DNA of 64,000 nucleotides, from contig NW_027191478.1 in assembly GCF_011745625.1 (NCBI RefSeq), positions 1 to 64,000 on the forward strand, given 5' to 3'. The notes under the pieces were generated by a model that saw only the letters and a list, made by a program, of their open reading frames with translations, was not told the DNA's origin and did not search any database. This DNA comes from Cladosporium halotolerans (taxonomy: Eukaryota). Every line of letters starts with the position of its first letter. Position 1 is the first letter of the stretch. The position numbers were made by a program, and so were the translations under genes. This document shows positions 11,509 to 23,582 of this stretch, piece by piece.

Positions 11509-11724
11509 ATGAACCACATCCTCATCACATTCCTCGTCATTCTCGGTGCGGGCGCCGCAGTGCTCCTCGGATACGCTGTCTCGTATCGCTTCATCAAAAA
11601 ACCCGGTACGACTGACTACGAGAAAGTCCGCGAGGAATTGGCTGCCGGGCAACAAAGCCAGCAAGACTATATGGCCGAAGTCCGCAAGCGCACACTCGAT
11701 GATTTGGTTGCTCGATACTGCTAG
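11509..11724 (+). CDS. Small single-pass membrane protein (71 aa)
   Basis: ATG ORF with an N-terminal hydrophobic helix (ILITFLVILGAGAAVLLGYAV), a C-terminal QQDYMAEVRKR motif and gene-like codon use. Confidence 0.6.
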   Translation: MNHILITFLVILGAGAAVLLGYAVSYRFIKKPGTTDYEKVREELAAGQQSQQDYMAEVRKRTLDDLVARYC

Positions 11725-12967
11725 AGCTTCCCTGGGTATTGGACGACTCGACGAACTTGAACTCGACGTAGGGTTTCCACAGGCTCTTCAAGATAGAGCA
11801 TTGTGGGTTTTCACGGCCATGTTGGAAGAACAACTTGAGCAGGCTTAGCCATTTTTTGCAACATGGAGGAGTCATCACGCACACTTGGGCATGAAGAACA
11901 TTGTGATCTGGATATGCCGAAGGATTCCGGATTCGGTCACGACGTGCGACTCGGAGATGGACTCTGCTGCCAATCGAACCCTCAGACCCAAATTCCCAGC
12001 TGGCAACCACGCTTCGAAATATCCTTACAGGCTCATGAGACGCAATTCGCGCAGCCCGTCAAACCCGAATGCCTTCTATCCCCTCAATGTACATGCAGAT
12101 ACGACTCGGAAACCTGTTTTGAGAGATGGAGAGACAACAAATGGTTTGATTCTATGATGATCGGGTTTAAAGGCTACAAGTCTGAACCAATGAAAGACAG
12201 TGCTTCACAATTTCCGGGACAACCTTGAACAAGAGTGGGATGTATAGCGATATTCAAAAAGATATCCGTGATTGATGCAGGACCAGCATTGGTAGTCACA
12301 TGGTGTGTATATTTTCTATAATAAAACAAAGCATTGCAAGAATGGAGGCGCTTGCAGTGGTGTGATCCTTCTCGACACATCATCCGTGAGCCACAACAAA
12401 CCTATAAGAGGCGTTACGAGAGGCATCATCAATCACGATATACAGTGTTTGTTTGGCTATCCTCCGGTAAAACTCATCTTTCTCGTCATGCGCGGTTGGC
12501 ATCCGAGCGCTGCCATTGAAGTTGATCGGCGGCGTGACGAAAGAAGAGGATGAATTGTACGCACCACGCGAAGTATTCAAAACTTACAGGGAAGCTTTGC
12601 GCATATTGACTCGTTAGATCAGTGATAGTTTCGAACGGTGGCGACATCATGTGGGGGATCTGCTCCTGAGCGGAGTTTCTCACGGACTATCGATTGCAGA
12701 TCCGTGAAGACGACATGGCCACAACAGCCCTACCCGACGGACGTCCACATTGGTTCCTCCTCGGGCTGAATCCTTGATTTAGATGCTCCGCCCTTGTAGT
12801 CCGGATGACCACGGCTTCACGTTCTGGAACAAGGCTTTTCACTAGAGAGACCGATCATCACCTTCACTTCAGCACTTACCTATCAGTGCCAGCGGACGGG
12901 ATACTAGGAAAAGATTTTTGATATGATGATACTATCCAAATTTAGCACCCTCCTTTCGTGTTGACCG

Positions 12968-13930
12968 TCATCTCGGCAATGGAATCGAATAATGCTCCGA
13001 GTAACCCGCCCCTCTGAACTTCTTCCAAGCTTCTTCAAACGCCTCCACAATCCTGTCAGGCAGCCTTCCACCCTCACAGATCTCCAAATTCTCCTGCATC
13101 TGCTCGATGGAGCTCGCGCCCAGAATGACACCATCCTCCTCCCCAAGCCCCGAATGCTCCATCAGCCACCTCAGCGCAGCCTCTTTCAGCGTCAACCCTT
13201 CCGCTCCACAAATCTTCGTGAGCATTTCATGGATCTCGAGGCTCACGTCGTTCACGTACATTGCCTGAAACACACTCACCTGATCCATCCTGCTTCCCGG
13301 CGGCGGCGCGCGGAGAGCCTCGGCGGAACGTGAAAAATAGCCGCCGGCAAGCGGGCTAAAAGCGTAGAAAGCGATGTTGTGTCGACGGAGGAGCGGGAAG
13401 AGTTCGGGCTCTGCAGCGCGGGCAAGAGCGTTGTAGCCGCCCTGGTAGACGGAGGGGCGGATGAAGTTGTTCTCGTCACAGAGATGGAGGATGTCTTCGA
13501 CTTCGGTGGCGTGGTAGTTGCTGATGCCGAATCGGTCGATTTTTCCTTCTCCGTGAAGTGTATTGATGGCGCGGAGAGAGTCGAGAAGAGGCGTTTGGCG
13601 GTCGGGGCCGTGGAAATAGTACAGGTCGATCTTGTCTTGCTTGAGAGCTGCGAGCGAGGCGTGACAGTTGTCGATGACTTTCTGGTATGTCAAAGATCCT
13701 GGGGAGAAGCCTGGAGCTTTTGTTGCAATGGCGAAGTCGTGTTGGGCTTCCGGGACTCCGCCGATATCTTCTTCACTCTTGCCGGAATTGTAGACACGGG
13801 CGGTATCAACCTCGCGAACGTCATGTTTCTTCAGTGCTGCGAGAAGTAGTCTAAGTTGCTCGCTGCCGGATAACTTGGTCGATCCAGAAGCGGCTGACGC
13901 GCCCATCAGGCCAGCGATCGGCTTGACCAT
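12968..13930 (-). CDS. Aldo-keto reductase, AKR7 (aflatoxin B1 aldehyde reductase)-like
   Basis: VDTARVYN, IATK, DLYYFHGPD, FGISNY, YQGGYNAL, FSPLAGG, ILGASS. Confidence 0.92.
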   Translation of the reverse strand: MVKPIAGLMGASAASGSTKLSGSEQLRLLLAALKKHDVREVDTARVYNSGKSEEDIGGVPEAQHDFAIATKAPGFSPGSLTYQKVIDNCHASLAALKQDKIDLYYFHGPDRQTPLLDSLRAINTLHGEGKIDRFGISNYHATEVEDILHLCDENNFIRPSVYQGGYNALARAAEPELFPLLRRHNIAFYAFSPLAGGYFSRSAEALRAPPPGSRMDQVSVFQAMYVNDVSLEIHEMLTKICGAEGLTLKEAALRWLMEHSGLGEEDGVILGASSIEQMQENLEICEGGRLPDRIVEAFEEAWKKFRGAGYSEHYSIPLPR

Positions 13931-14643
13931 GATCGTGAATGGAGAGGAATTTGCAGCCCTTTGTAAGACGACGTAGAATGTATGGGGGGTTCAGTGCCCT
14001 GGTAAGACTCCCTACCTTTTATCTCATTTAGAATAGGTGTTGCTGAATCAGCAGTTTGCCTGTTATGGTTGGTGTTGACGAGGAGGCGGCTGGGTTGCGC
14101 TAAGGAAAATGCGGCGTACCTCATGCAAGCCACCTCGTGTCATCAGCTGAACTTCAAGATAGGAGTTTCATCACCTGGCTCGGCGGCATTTGACCCATTG
14201 ACCAAATGTCATTGCACGCTCGATCATCACCTGGCTTCATCGATCTGCCCATCGATGTCCATTAGTCTTTTCAAAAGGCCTCTGGGAAGTGCACACAATC
14301 GTGCGAGAAGCTCGGGTCTTGTGCCAAAGGATTGACTGTTGACAGCTTCCGTAAGAGAGCATTCGAATATCTTCCCCTAAATATCTATCGATCATAGTGC
14401 AAATGCTTACCCACCAAACAACAATTGTATACATATATGGATTGTAGTAAAAAGCATTCACATGAACCAGGCTCGCCTGTGAAGAAGTGCGTCATAACAC
14501 CGCGTGGGGGCGGGCAGGCCCCACTCTGCATGATCGCCGAGGTCCCTGTCCCTGTCACTCGCAGTCCCTGGCATACAACTCAAAACAATTCGATATCCTC
14601 CACTCTTCCCCATACCCAACTCTTCAGCAACCACACCACAGCC

Positions 14644-15566
14644 ATGTCCGACCTCGACCCCCTCCTCTCTCCCCCTTTCGCAACCGTCGCCGGCATTGCC
14701 AACTTCCGCGACATTGCCAGCCCACGCACGCGCGACAACCGGCTCATAACGCCGCGCCTCGCCTGGCGCTGCGCAGACCCTTCCAGGGTGCAGCCAGAAG
14801 GACTTACGACCATGAGCCAGGAGTTAGGTAAGGTAAATCATCCCTCGTATCCTTCCCCGGATCTTTTATAAAACGGACTCCAAACTGACCAGAAGCAAAA
14901 GGCATAAAAACGCTCTTCGATCTGCGCTCTCTCCCCGAAATCCTACGCGACGGTGGCTCCGGCCCAGACGACAACGGTGCGAGCGCGAACGCGGCACTAG
15001 ACGCAAAATTCGGCGAGCACGGGATGACACGCCGCTGGACGCCCGTATTCGCTGCCTCCGACTACGGGCCCGAGCAGATCGCGCTGCGATACAAAGCGTA
15101 CACTCGTTCTGGGACAGAAGGGTTCGTGGCAGCGTACAGGGACATCTTGACTCACGCCGGGCCGGCGTTTGGAGAAGTAGGGCGGTGGCTAGCGTCCGAG
15201 GAGGCTATGGAGGGACAAGGGTGTGTGTTCCATTGCACAGCAGGGAAGGACAGGACGGGCTTGCTGGCAGCGCTGCTGCTCTTGCTTGCTGGTGTCGAGA
15301 ACGAGGCCGTAGCGGAGGAGTACGCGCTGACGGACGTGGGGTTGGCATCGCTGCGAGAAGGGTTTGTGGAGAGGTTGATGAGGCATCCGTCGCTGAATGG
15401 GGATGAGGTGGGAGTGCGGAACATGGTCAGTTCAAAACGAGAAAACATGCTGGCGAGCTTGGAGATGCTTAAGCAAGAGTTCGGAGGCTGCGAGGTCTAC
15501 CTGATAGAACGATGTGGGCTCACAGAAGAGGAGCTGGCGAGATTGCGGGATAGATTGAGGGGCTGA
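14644..15566 (+). CDS. Protein tyrosine/serine phosphatase (IphP / Y_phosphatase3 family)
   Basis: Exons 14644-14827 and 14902-15566; NFRDI, FDLRS, and the CX5R loop HCTAGKDRTG. Confidence 0.9.
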
Positions 15567-15894
15567 AAGGGTCTGCTAGGCTGCATCGATTGCGTTGCGA
15601 GCTAAAAGATATCACCCCTTCGATCGATCGATGCGAAATGGCATCGATCTTGGCATGCGCTGCTAGATCGGCACGGCTCTGGCGCTGGGGATAGAAGAAT
15701 AGATCATCCCATGAGATAGGTTCTCAATGTTTGAAGTTCAGTGATTCAACTTAGGCCCTACAGAACCATGCTAGGGCATCAAAGGTGACGCAAGCATTTC
15801 CACAACACAACAGCACTCGGGATTTTGCATGGCGAATGTGTTTTGCAAGTCTCCCCAGCCACTGTCATAAGGTCGTTTTCAAGAACAGATCGCA

Positions 15895-18591
15895 TCACGG
15901 CTTCCAAATTGGAACCTCGCCCCAAAGACCGCCACTCTCATAGTCCCGAATATCCAAATCAACATCTTGCAGATCCTGCCAAGTAAATTGTCCTCCTACC
16001 AGATCATCCTGCACCAATGGTCCGGTCCCGTTAGCATAGATCGCGTTGCCCGCCACAAACCGCTGGCCCCCACCAGAGGCATTGACATCGTCTAGCGACT
16101 GGTCTGCAAAGTTGGCTTGGTTCCCCTGCTGCGCATTCTGTTGCAAGATCTGGTCGTCCCATACTTCCCAGTCCAATGGCATCGGGCCGTCGATCATGTC
16201 GCCGATTGTGGAGAAGTCAAGTTGGAGGTTGGGGGTGGGTGGAAAAGGAGGGTTAGCCTGGGTCAATGGATTGGGCTCCAATCCTGCGCCGGCAGGTGCT
16301 CCGATCCCTTTTGACTGCGACGTTGGTTGCTCAGGCATGTAGTCTGCCCACGGCGTGTTCGAGACAATCCCATAGAATGGTGTTGTGGAGTTGTCTTGCT
16401 GCTCGCTGCGACGAGGAAACTTTGGTAAAGGCGCCGCGGAGCCGCAGGTTGTTTCAGAGCCAGAGACCATTCTTCCTTTGAAGTGCTTCTTGACACGATC
16501 CAGCATGACCGACATCGCCTTGCCCGCTTTCTCGACCGAGGTGGACATGTCCGACACAGTGCACTCGTCTGCGGACGACGCCAGGCTAGGCCCTACTCGA
16601 CTCTTGGAATTTTCTGAATTCCAGATCTTCTCGCTCTTCTCAAGTGCCTCAATCATAGCTACCTGGCGAGGACACATGAATTGGTTGCCAATAGACCGCA
16701 ATTCGTCATCTTCGCTCATTTGCGTCGAGAGGGAGAGGCACATAACCATTGCAGCCAAAAGGAAGTCATGTGTGCTGATAGAACCCATATACCACTTCAC
16801 AGTATACAATTTTCCGCCAGGTTGGCTTTCGGCGTGGATGGCGTGATGCAGATTGAGGACGGATAGTGCCGATTCGGTGCATATCATCTTGCTTGTTCCC
16901 ACTCCTCGCGCTTGCTCATCGTCGGTGAGTTGGAAGAATGGGACCAACATGAAGTTGCGGTGCAATATGATGCGTGTCTTCAGTATCAGCAGCGCCAGGT
17001 TTATCCGGCACATGAGTTGCTCCGGAGGATCAGTAACCAGCTCGCTCATGTCGGGCATTTTGAGAAGCGAAGGCATAGCAGCGCATGCCGATGCTAGCTC
17101 GTCATCCAGACGCATGACATCTTCATGCTTGACTGGGGTAGTAGAATGGCCAAGGTCCGCGGCCTGCCCGAAGATTCGCACTATGCAGACCTTTGTGCGT
17201 GTGTAAGATGAGGGAGTCAGTTCGTCAATTCCTCTTCCGGGCGGTAATACCGTCGTCGATGTGTTGAAGTCGCGGTCCAACAAGTTTCGAGGGGGCTCGG
17301 TATCCGTGGTGATTGTTCTCACCATAGAGGGCAGCCCAAGTTGGAAGGAGATTAGGATGTCAAGCATGCTGATTCCTGTCCACACTCGGCGTCTCATCTC
17401 GCCTTCGAAGGGGGAGATGTTTGGATAGAACTTGGGGTCGCGATGATATCCCATACGCAGCGAAAGACGTAGAATCAGACCGATCATTAGCCATACTTTC
17501 ATGAAGCCGTCGTTGCTACGAATACCTGCGGTATAGAACATAAGGCATTCGAGAGTGTATTTCTTGGGTGTGGTATAGTCAGCCAGGATCGCTGCCGACG
17601 CTGCCATGGAATGAAGTTTGTTAACCCTCGCCAGGCAAGCTTTTGCAGGGGCGCTGTTTGGGTCAATGTCACGGAGCATAAACGATTCAGCCAAGCTCAG
17701 GATGCCGAAAGTCAAGCCCAGCCACATGACTGGCGCGCGTTGAGGGTCCTTCCAGTATTGTTTGTACTCGTCTTGGAAGGTCGGAGCATGGATTGCGGGC
17801 TTGAGTGGGTCAGGTGAATTAAACCAAAGGCTTAAAAGGCGGTCCGCAACCCTTTTCTCGGGCATCCCTTTGATCAGGTCTTCTTTGGTGGTGAAGGCAG
17901 GGCTGCCCACCAGCAATCCTAGCTCCGTAAAAGAATGTTGCTGAGGCGGGTGCCCCGAGATACCCTGCCAACTACTACCGCCGGTCTCTGAAGGCTCTTC
18001 TCCGGTAGCCTGGTCTTCGGTGCCCTCGTCGTCGCCAAGTTCATTTTTCAGATCGGAGATGGAGTTCAAGATTGTCTGCCAGTGGCTTGCACCGTGATAG
18101 CTAATTTCGTCTTTACTGATGCTCATGTGCCCGAAAGGTTTTTCAACACCAGACTCCGGGCTGGCTGCTTCCTGGGAACCGTTACTGTACTGCGGACCAG
18201 TGTCATGGTCACTCGGTGGTGTTGGCTCCGTGAAAGGACCGCGCCTGTCTGCATCTGATGAACTCGACTCGCTTGTGTGATCTATAGGCGTGCTGTTCGA
18301 CTCTGATCTGGTCTGCGCAGACTTCTGCTGATTCATCAAGTCAACCACCAGGCTCTCCAACTGCCTGATACGTCCTTTCACATTCGCCGGCTTGCTTTTG
18401 ACTGGTGGCGGCGGATATACACATGCTGCCTCACGCCCTCTTTTAACGCAAGGCTCACAAGGTGTCGAGCGGTCACATTTCAGCTTTCCGTTACGGCATG
18501 GCGTGCACGAAAGCTGAGTTCTTGCGCGCTTCTGACGGGTGTGTTGCTGCGAGCGGGTCGAAGATGCTCCTTGATGACTTTCTTCTGCCAT
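15895..18591 (-). CDS. Zn(II)2Cys6 transcription factor with fungal-specific TF (middle homology) domain
   Basis: SCTPCRNGKLKCDRSTPCEPCVKRGREAAC; MGYHRDP..FEGEMRRRVW. First ATG at 18591 (MAEESHQG); no intron needed. Confidence 0.93.
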   Translation of the reverse strand: MAEESHQGASSTRSQQHTRQKRARTQLSCTPCRNGKLKCDRSTPCEPCVKRGREAACVYPPPPVKSKPANVKGRIRQLESLVVDLMNQQKSAQTRSESNSTPIDHTSESSSSDADRRGPFTEPTPPSDHDTGPQYSNGSQEAASPESGVEKPFGHMSISKDEISYHGASHWQTILNSISDLKNELGDDEGTEDQATGEEPSETGGSSWQGISGHPPQQHSFTELGLLVGSPAFTTKEDLIKGMPEKRVADRLLSLWFNSPDPLKPAIHAPTFQDEYKQYWKDPQRAPVMWLGLTFGILSLAESFMLRDIDPNSAPAKACLARVNKLHSMAASAAILADYTTPKKYTLECLMFYTAGIRSNDGFMKVWLMIGLILRLSLRMGYHRDPKFYPNISPFEGEMRRRVWTGISMLDILISFQLGLPSMVRTITTDTEPPRNLLDRDFNTSTTVLPPGRGIDELTPSSYTRTKVCIVRIFGQAADLGHSTTPVKHEDVMRLDDELASACAAMPSLLKMPDMSELVTDPPEQLMCRINLALLILKTRIILHRNFMLVPFFQLTDDEQARGVGTSKMICTESALSVLNLHHAIHAESQPGGKLYTVKWYMGSISTHDFLLAAMVMCLSLSTQMSEDDELRSIGNQFMCPRQVAMIEALEKSEKIWNSENSKSRVGPSLASSADECTVSDMSTSVEKAGKAMSVMLDRVKKHFKGRMVSGSETTCGSAAPLPKFPRRSEQQDNSTTPFYGIVSNTPWADYMPEQPTSQSKGIGAPAGAGLEPNPLTQANPPFPPTPNLQLDFSTIGDMIDGPMPLDWEVWDDQILQQNAQQGNQANFADQSLDDVNASGGGQRFVAGNAIYANGTGPLVQDDLVGGQFTWQDLQDVDLDIRDYESGGLWGEVPIWKP

Positions 18592-18907
18592 GTCGCCGAA
18601 TCGGGTTTCACATAATGCGCACAGGTGATATCGGTACAGAAATTCTTCATGAAATGCTCTGAGGAGTATATATCTTATTGTTACATCAAGTTCGCGCCGC
18701 AATCCTCCATATCTGACAAAGCACGTGGAGCTGATGTCTCAGCCCGCGCTAAGCCTATTCTGACGGGCGGGTGGTTCCGTCTTGGAGTGAATCCTTCGGT
18801 GGTTCGTCTCATTGTTATTATCACTATCTAAGATTCAATCTAGAACACCACCATGCCGATGAAGAGGCTGTACCTGCCGTTGCTTACATTGATTCTAGCC
18901 AGCTCCA

Positions 18908-20333
18908 CTAACAGCCATTATACCCCTGCTGCTGCCATATCTTGACACTCTTCACCAGCATCTCGCCCCTCTCCTCCCAGGTCGGTAACCAAATCTTCTG
19001 CGCGTTCCAAAAGTCCTTCTTTGCAGTCGGCGAGGCATCCACCCAGGGTTTGTTGGCTACACCATCTTCGAACCAGCCATTCGTGCCACCAACAGCGACG
19101 TTCAAGACGAGGTAGAAGTCCTGATCAAACGGCGTGGAGAACCGGCCTGTCTGGCTCCAGGGATCCACATATCGCGTGCCATTTGCGCTGCCCACGGGGA
19201 AGCGACCTTTCTTCCAAAACGGGCGGTTGAAGTTGACGTACATGACCTGCGCCAAGCGGCCGTCGATCCAAGAGAAGATGTACCTCTCCGTCCACTCCAA
19301 GCCGAAGGTGTGGAAGTCGGTGCTGTAAGTCGTGTGCAGGGCTGCGCGCTTGTTATTGTTCAGCCACCAGGCGTCTGCGTCCGCGTCCGGGCCCCAGTGA
19401 AGTGCCGAGGATGCGATGTTGTTGCCGCCTTGCGGGTAGGAGTAGTTGTTGCCGCGCGCCTCGAGGATGTCGATCTCGCCGGAGGCTGGCCACGGGCCGT
19501 AAGTGTCAGTCACGGGCAGCATCCAGATGGCGGGCCAGAGCCAGTCGCCTTCTGGAAGCTGGGCGACGACTTCGACGCGCCCGAACTTGATGGGTCTGGA
19601 TTTGGTGGTTATGCGGGCGGATTTGACAGGGTTGACGATCGTGCCGTTGGTGGTGTTGGTGACGGCGACGCAGTCATACCACATGTCGGAAGAGCAGATC
19701 CCTTGATTCGTCAAGTTGAGGATATTGTTGTTCTCAATTAGCTTAGGGTCTTGGAGAGTCGGCTTGATGTGCAAGAGACCGTCGCGCACGAAAGCGTTCT
19801 CCTCGGTATTGGTCGTCTGCTCGAATTGGCCATTTCTAGATCTCGGTCAGTGTGTGCTCTCTTCTTCAGCGACGTCCGACTCACCCGAAGCCGCCGACTT
19901 CGACCTCTTTTGTCCATATCCTTTCGTCAAATCCGCGGACCCAATCCTCGTCCAAGACGCTGCAGTAGGTGTGCTTTGAGATCCGCTGTAGCCCAAGCCA
20001 GATCTGGAGAGCCATCAAGCCCAGACCCAGGACGATGCCAAAGGTAGGAATGATCCAGACCCATCTCTCTCTAGGGTCCTTTCTGTTCAACCACGGTCGC
20101 TCCTGTTCGCCTTTCTTAATCCTCCGAGACTTGAAGTATGTCGGTGGTGCCACATTCTGCTGCAATGCGACGGTAGATGCATATTTCGACCCTGAGGCCG
20201 TATTTGGAGAAGTGTTGTAAGGAGTGTCGAACGGGTTCGCCTTCGAACTTCGCTCGATTACGGTCTTCTTGGGCGTTCCCGATCGTGGTGTGAGCTCGAT
20301 CCCAGCCGGCATGTCTTGTTGTCTGGACTCCAT
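18908..20333 (-). CDS. GH16 beta-1,3-glucanase / glucan-binding protein-like, type II membrane anchored
   Basis: Exons 20333-19885 and 19835-18908; TM segment WVWIIPTFGIVLGLGLMAL; WLWPAIWMLP; catalytic WPASGEIDILE; PFDQDFYLVLNVAVGG. Confidence 0.92.
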
Positions 20334-21510
20334 GCTGGATGGTTGCTTCGAAGGCGAGAGATCAAGACTCAGATCGATATCTTGAGAAGTACAAGGAGCA
20401 GTCGAAGAGAAGATGCGATCGCGCAATCCACCGCTTGCTGAGAATACGTGCAAGAAGACTGAATGAAATACGACTACTAATCTGCGGAGCGTTGGGACTC
20501 AAAAAGTACCTCGATCATGATTTTGAGTGGCACACTGCTTCTTGGTCTGCAGGTTGCACGTTGATGCACGTTGACCCTCCACGTCTCCCTTCAGGGAGTG
20601 GTCCAAACCATCCATTAGCCCAGGTGAGAGATTTGACGAATGAACGTCCCATCCGGACGGTCATCCAATCAACGAGGCAGAATGTCTCGCCATTAATGGC
20701 CAGTCGGCTAGAACATGTATAATGCCGCAGGGCTGATAAGATTTCCCAGCCCCATTTTGAGTTTGCTTTGTAGCTTCGCCACTCCCACATGTCAAGAACG
20801 TGGCGTCCATGTCGACCGCCATGGCGTTGTGGACTTCCAGTATAAAGTGATGATCTTTCTTATCAGAGAAATGAACTCATCGATCGGAAGGCTGCAGATT
20901 TGATTCGTTCTATCCACGTCCGCAGTTTCAGTTGGATTCACTACCCGGTTTCAGATAGCGCCTACAGCTGGCGCATGGTCTGAGGGCGCAATCTTGTACC
21001 TTCCATTTGCACTTGTATTGACTCAGTTGTAATTGAACCCAAAAGTGCTAAGAATTGCAATAGCGGCGGTTGAATTGCTGGTTAAGTCGGCCACGATGTT
21101 GCGTGCCGCCCTGCAGATCCGCCGGATACATCATTCGTGCAGTCTCTCAATCACGACTTGGTCATCAACATTATCGTCAGACGGCGATTATCGAGCACTA
21201 ATACAAGCAAGGTCGTTCATAGTGCTACCATCGATGCACGTGGGCCAACGACAAAGTTCGATTGTGAAGGACTTCACTTCACGCTGGGAGCGAAAAGTGA
21301 ATTGCCCACGGAACTCCATCCAGAGGGCAAAGTCAGTGAAGTAGAAGTATGCACTAACACCATTCACATCCAGCAAAGATGCGACCACGTCAATTAGAAC
21401 GCGTGCTCTCGCTCAGTAGAATAGCAAAATCCACAAGCTCTACCTCTCGTTCACACAACCACCCACCTCAAACCCGCAAAGAGCAAAGACCGCCTTAACC
21501 ACCCTCCACC

Positions 21511-22530
21511 ATGCAATTCTCATTCAAAGCCTCCTTCGCTATCTCCTACGGTTGCCACGCACCGAGCGCGCCCATCGCCAACCAACATCGGCCCCAGCGC
21601 GGCACTGAAACCGGCAGCGCGCATCCTCCATCGACAGGTCTCACTCAACCCGCACCATTCTACGGAATGACGAACACCAACACCAACAGCCTCTCGCCTT
21701 CGGCAAGCGTCAGCCAGCGCAGGAGTGCCAGCCGCAATCCATCGAAGCCCATCTCGACAAAGAAATCGCCCTCACCACGAGGCTATGAAGATCCGGAAAT
21801 CGAGGAGACTCTCGTCACCAAAGCGCTCGACCGCGCAAGCGTGGCCACCCTTCTCGAATCAATTCAAGAGTCGCAACCCAAGAACAAGAACAGATCCAAG
21901 CACCCCTCGTCTGGCACGAACAGCTCGCCAGCCCCAGTCACGCCACCAAACCCCATGCCCATCGCGCCAGACCCCTCCAAACTCAGCAAGACCGCGCGTA
22001 AACCACGCAACGCCACCTCCGATGTCTCGAATTCATCTCCCAAACACTGGAAGACCCCCGGTGTCGACTCTTCGCCTTCGGGTCTCAGAGCGGAGTCGCC
22101 TGACCATGGCAAGGTCGCGAGCGCGGAACTCGCCGATCCATTCATCATCGCGGACTCACCAAGCGAGGGACCAGAAGGCCCAGAATACGACCTGATGGCT
22201 GAGTTGCTGAAGCTGAGCAATGGCGAGCTGGCCAGGTTTCTCGGTGGCGAGGGCCAGGGTGCGCAGGAAGACTCGCCGTTGTCAGCAAAGGGTGGAGGGA
22301 ACGAGGCGAATAGCGAGCTTGGCTACGGAACGGCGGCGTCGATGAAGGCTGGAAGTGAGGAAGCGAAGAACAAGCTTATCTCTGAAACCGCGACGTCGGC
22401 AAAGGTTGGAAGTGATGAGAACAGCGAGCCAAGCTCTGGGACGGCTGCTGTTTCGTCATCTGATGAGGCTGATCGTGAGATTTGGCAGCAAGTGAGCGAG
22501 AGCGGATTGGGAAGTTGCAAAAACGGGTGA
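21511..22530 (+). CDS. Hypothetical S/P-rich disordered protein
   Basis: 339-aa ATG ORF (CCACCATG context); low complexity, no recognisable domain. Confidence 0.55.
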   Translation: MQFSFKASFAISYGCHAPSAPIANQHRPQRGTETGSAHPPSTGLTQPAPFYGMTNTNTNSLSPSASVSQRRSASRNPSKPISTKKSPSPRGYEDPEIEETLVTKALDRASVATLLESIQESQPKNKNRSKHPSSGTNSSPAPVTPPNPMPIAPDPSKLSKTARKPRNATSDVSNSSPKHWKTPGVDSSPSGLRAESPDHGKVASAELADPFIIADSPSEGPEGPEYDLMAELLKLSNGELARFLGGEGQGAQEDSPLSAKGGGNEANSELGYGTAASMKAGSEEAKNKLISETATSAKVGSDENSEPSSGTAAVSSSDEADREIWQQVSESGLGSCKNG

Positions 22531-22861
22531 GCGGCGTGATTGATATGATGTGTGAAGGCAGTGGAGTGTCCAGACTTCTCGTGAGATTGGCCTTGCCGGG
22601 ATTTTGGCATGTGCTTTTCCTCATCGAATCAAGAACGCAGAATAACAAATGTAAAGGAGCTGAGACAATGATGGAGGGCGCTGTGAATGATTTTCATTTT
22701 TTTCTCAATCAGCCGCGAGCTCGGCGGGTCGTCGTCTACGCGATCAGTCCCACGCCAAGAAGAAGCATAAAAAATCGCCCATGGCTCCCTCCGCGAAACG
22801 CCTTTCCGTCCATTCGTCGCGCGGAATGTGCTTTTCCGTGTTCCCGTAATGCAGACAACGC

Positions 22862-23582
22862 TTAAGCGACGAGGGTGGAGGCGGTGGCGCTCTCGTACCT
22901 CCAGGTGGGGGGGAGGACACCGACGGTCTTGTAGTAGCGGGACAGACGGTGGATGCGGGACTCGATGAGAATCAGGCGGAACTTGGAGTCCTTGTCCTTG
23001 CGGTTGCGCTCGAGGTGCTTGCGGACGGCGACGGCCTGGCTGGTGTTAGTAATGCTGCAGGCCATGCGATTCGCAGGACCATATCAGGCTTGGGTATGCG
23101 CACCTTCTTGATAAGCATGTAAAGGTCCTCGGGGATCTCCGGGGCGAGGCCTGTTTGAAATCACTCCGTCAGTCTGAGACCAAGCAGAGGCATAGTTTTG
23201 ACACGATGGTCATATTTTTGTGATCCAACTCTTGCCGACAGTCATCTGCCGCTGGTGTCCATCTTTCACGCGGGTTGAAGCGTACCGTTGCTCTTAAGGA
23301 TACGGAGGATCTTGTTACCTGTGAAGTTCGTCAGTCTCTGCTGGTCCATTGACAACCGCGCAAGTTCCGCATCCACATACCGGTCACAATCTTGACCTGG
23401 GCAACACCGTGGGAGTCACGGAGGACAACACCGATCTGAGAGGGGGTGGCACCCTTCTTCGCGAGCTTGCAGATCTGGTCGACGACCTGGTCGGGGGTGG
23501 TCTTGAGCCACGCGGGGGCGGAGCGAGAGTAGGGGAGCGCAGAGGAGCTGATGCCCTTGCCCTTGGAGTGAAGACGGCCCAT
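22862..23582 (-). CDS. RPS13: 40S ribosomal protein S13 (uS15)
   Basis: Exons 23582-23381, 23318-23286, 23150-23104, 23035-22862; [18 protein letters not shown]...[22 protein letters not shown]...[17 protein letters not shown]. Confidence 0.98.

Noticed and set aside
18592..18702. N-terminal extension of the Zn2Cys6 factor
   Set aside because: It starts at TTG; the first ATG at 18591 gives a normal N-terminus ahead of the zinc cluster.
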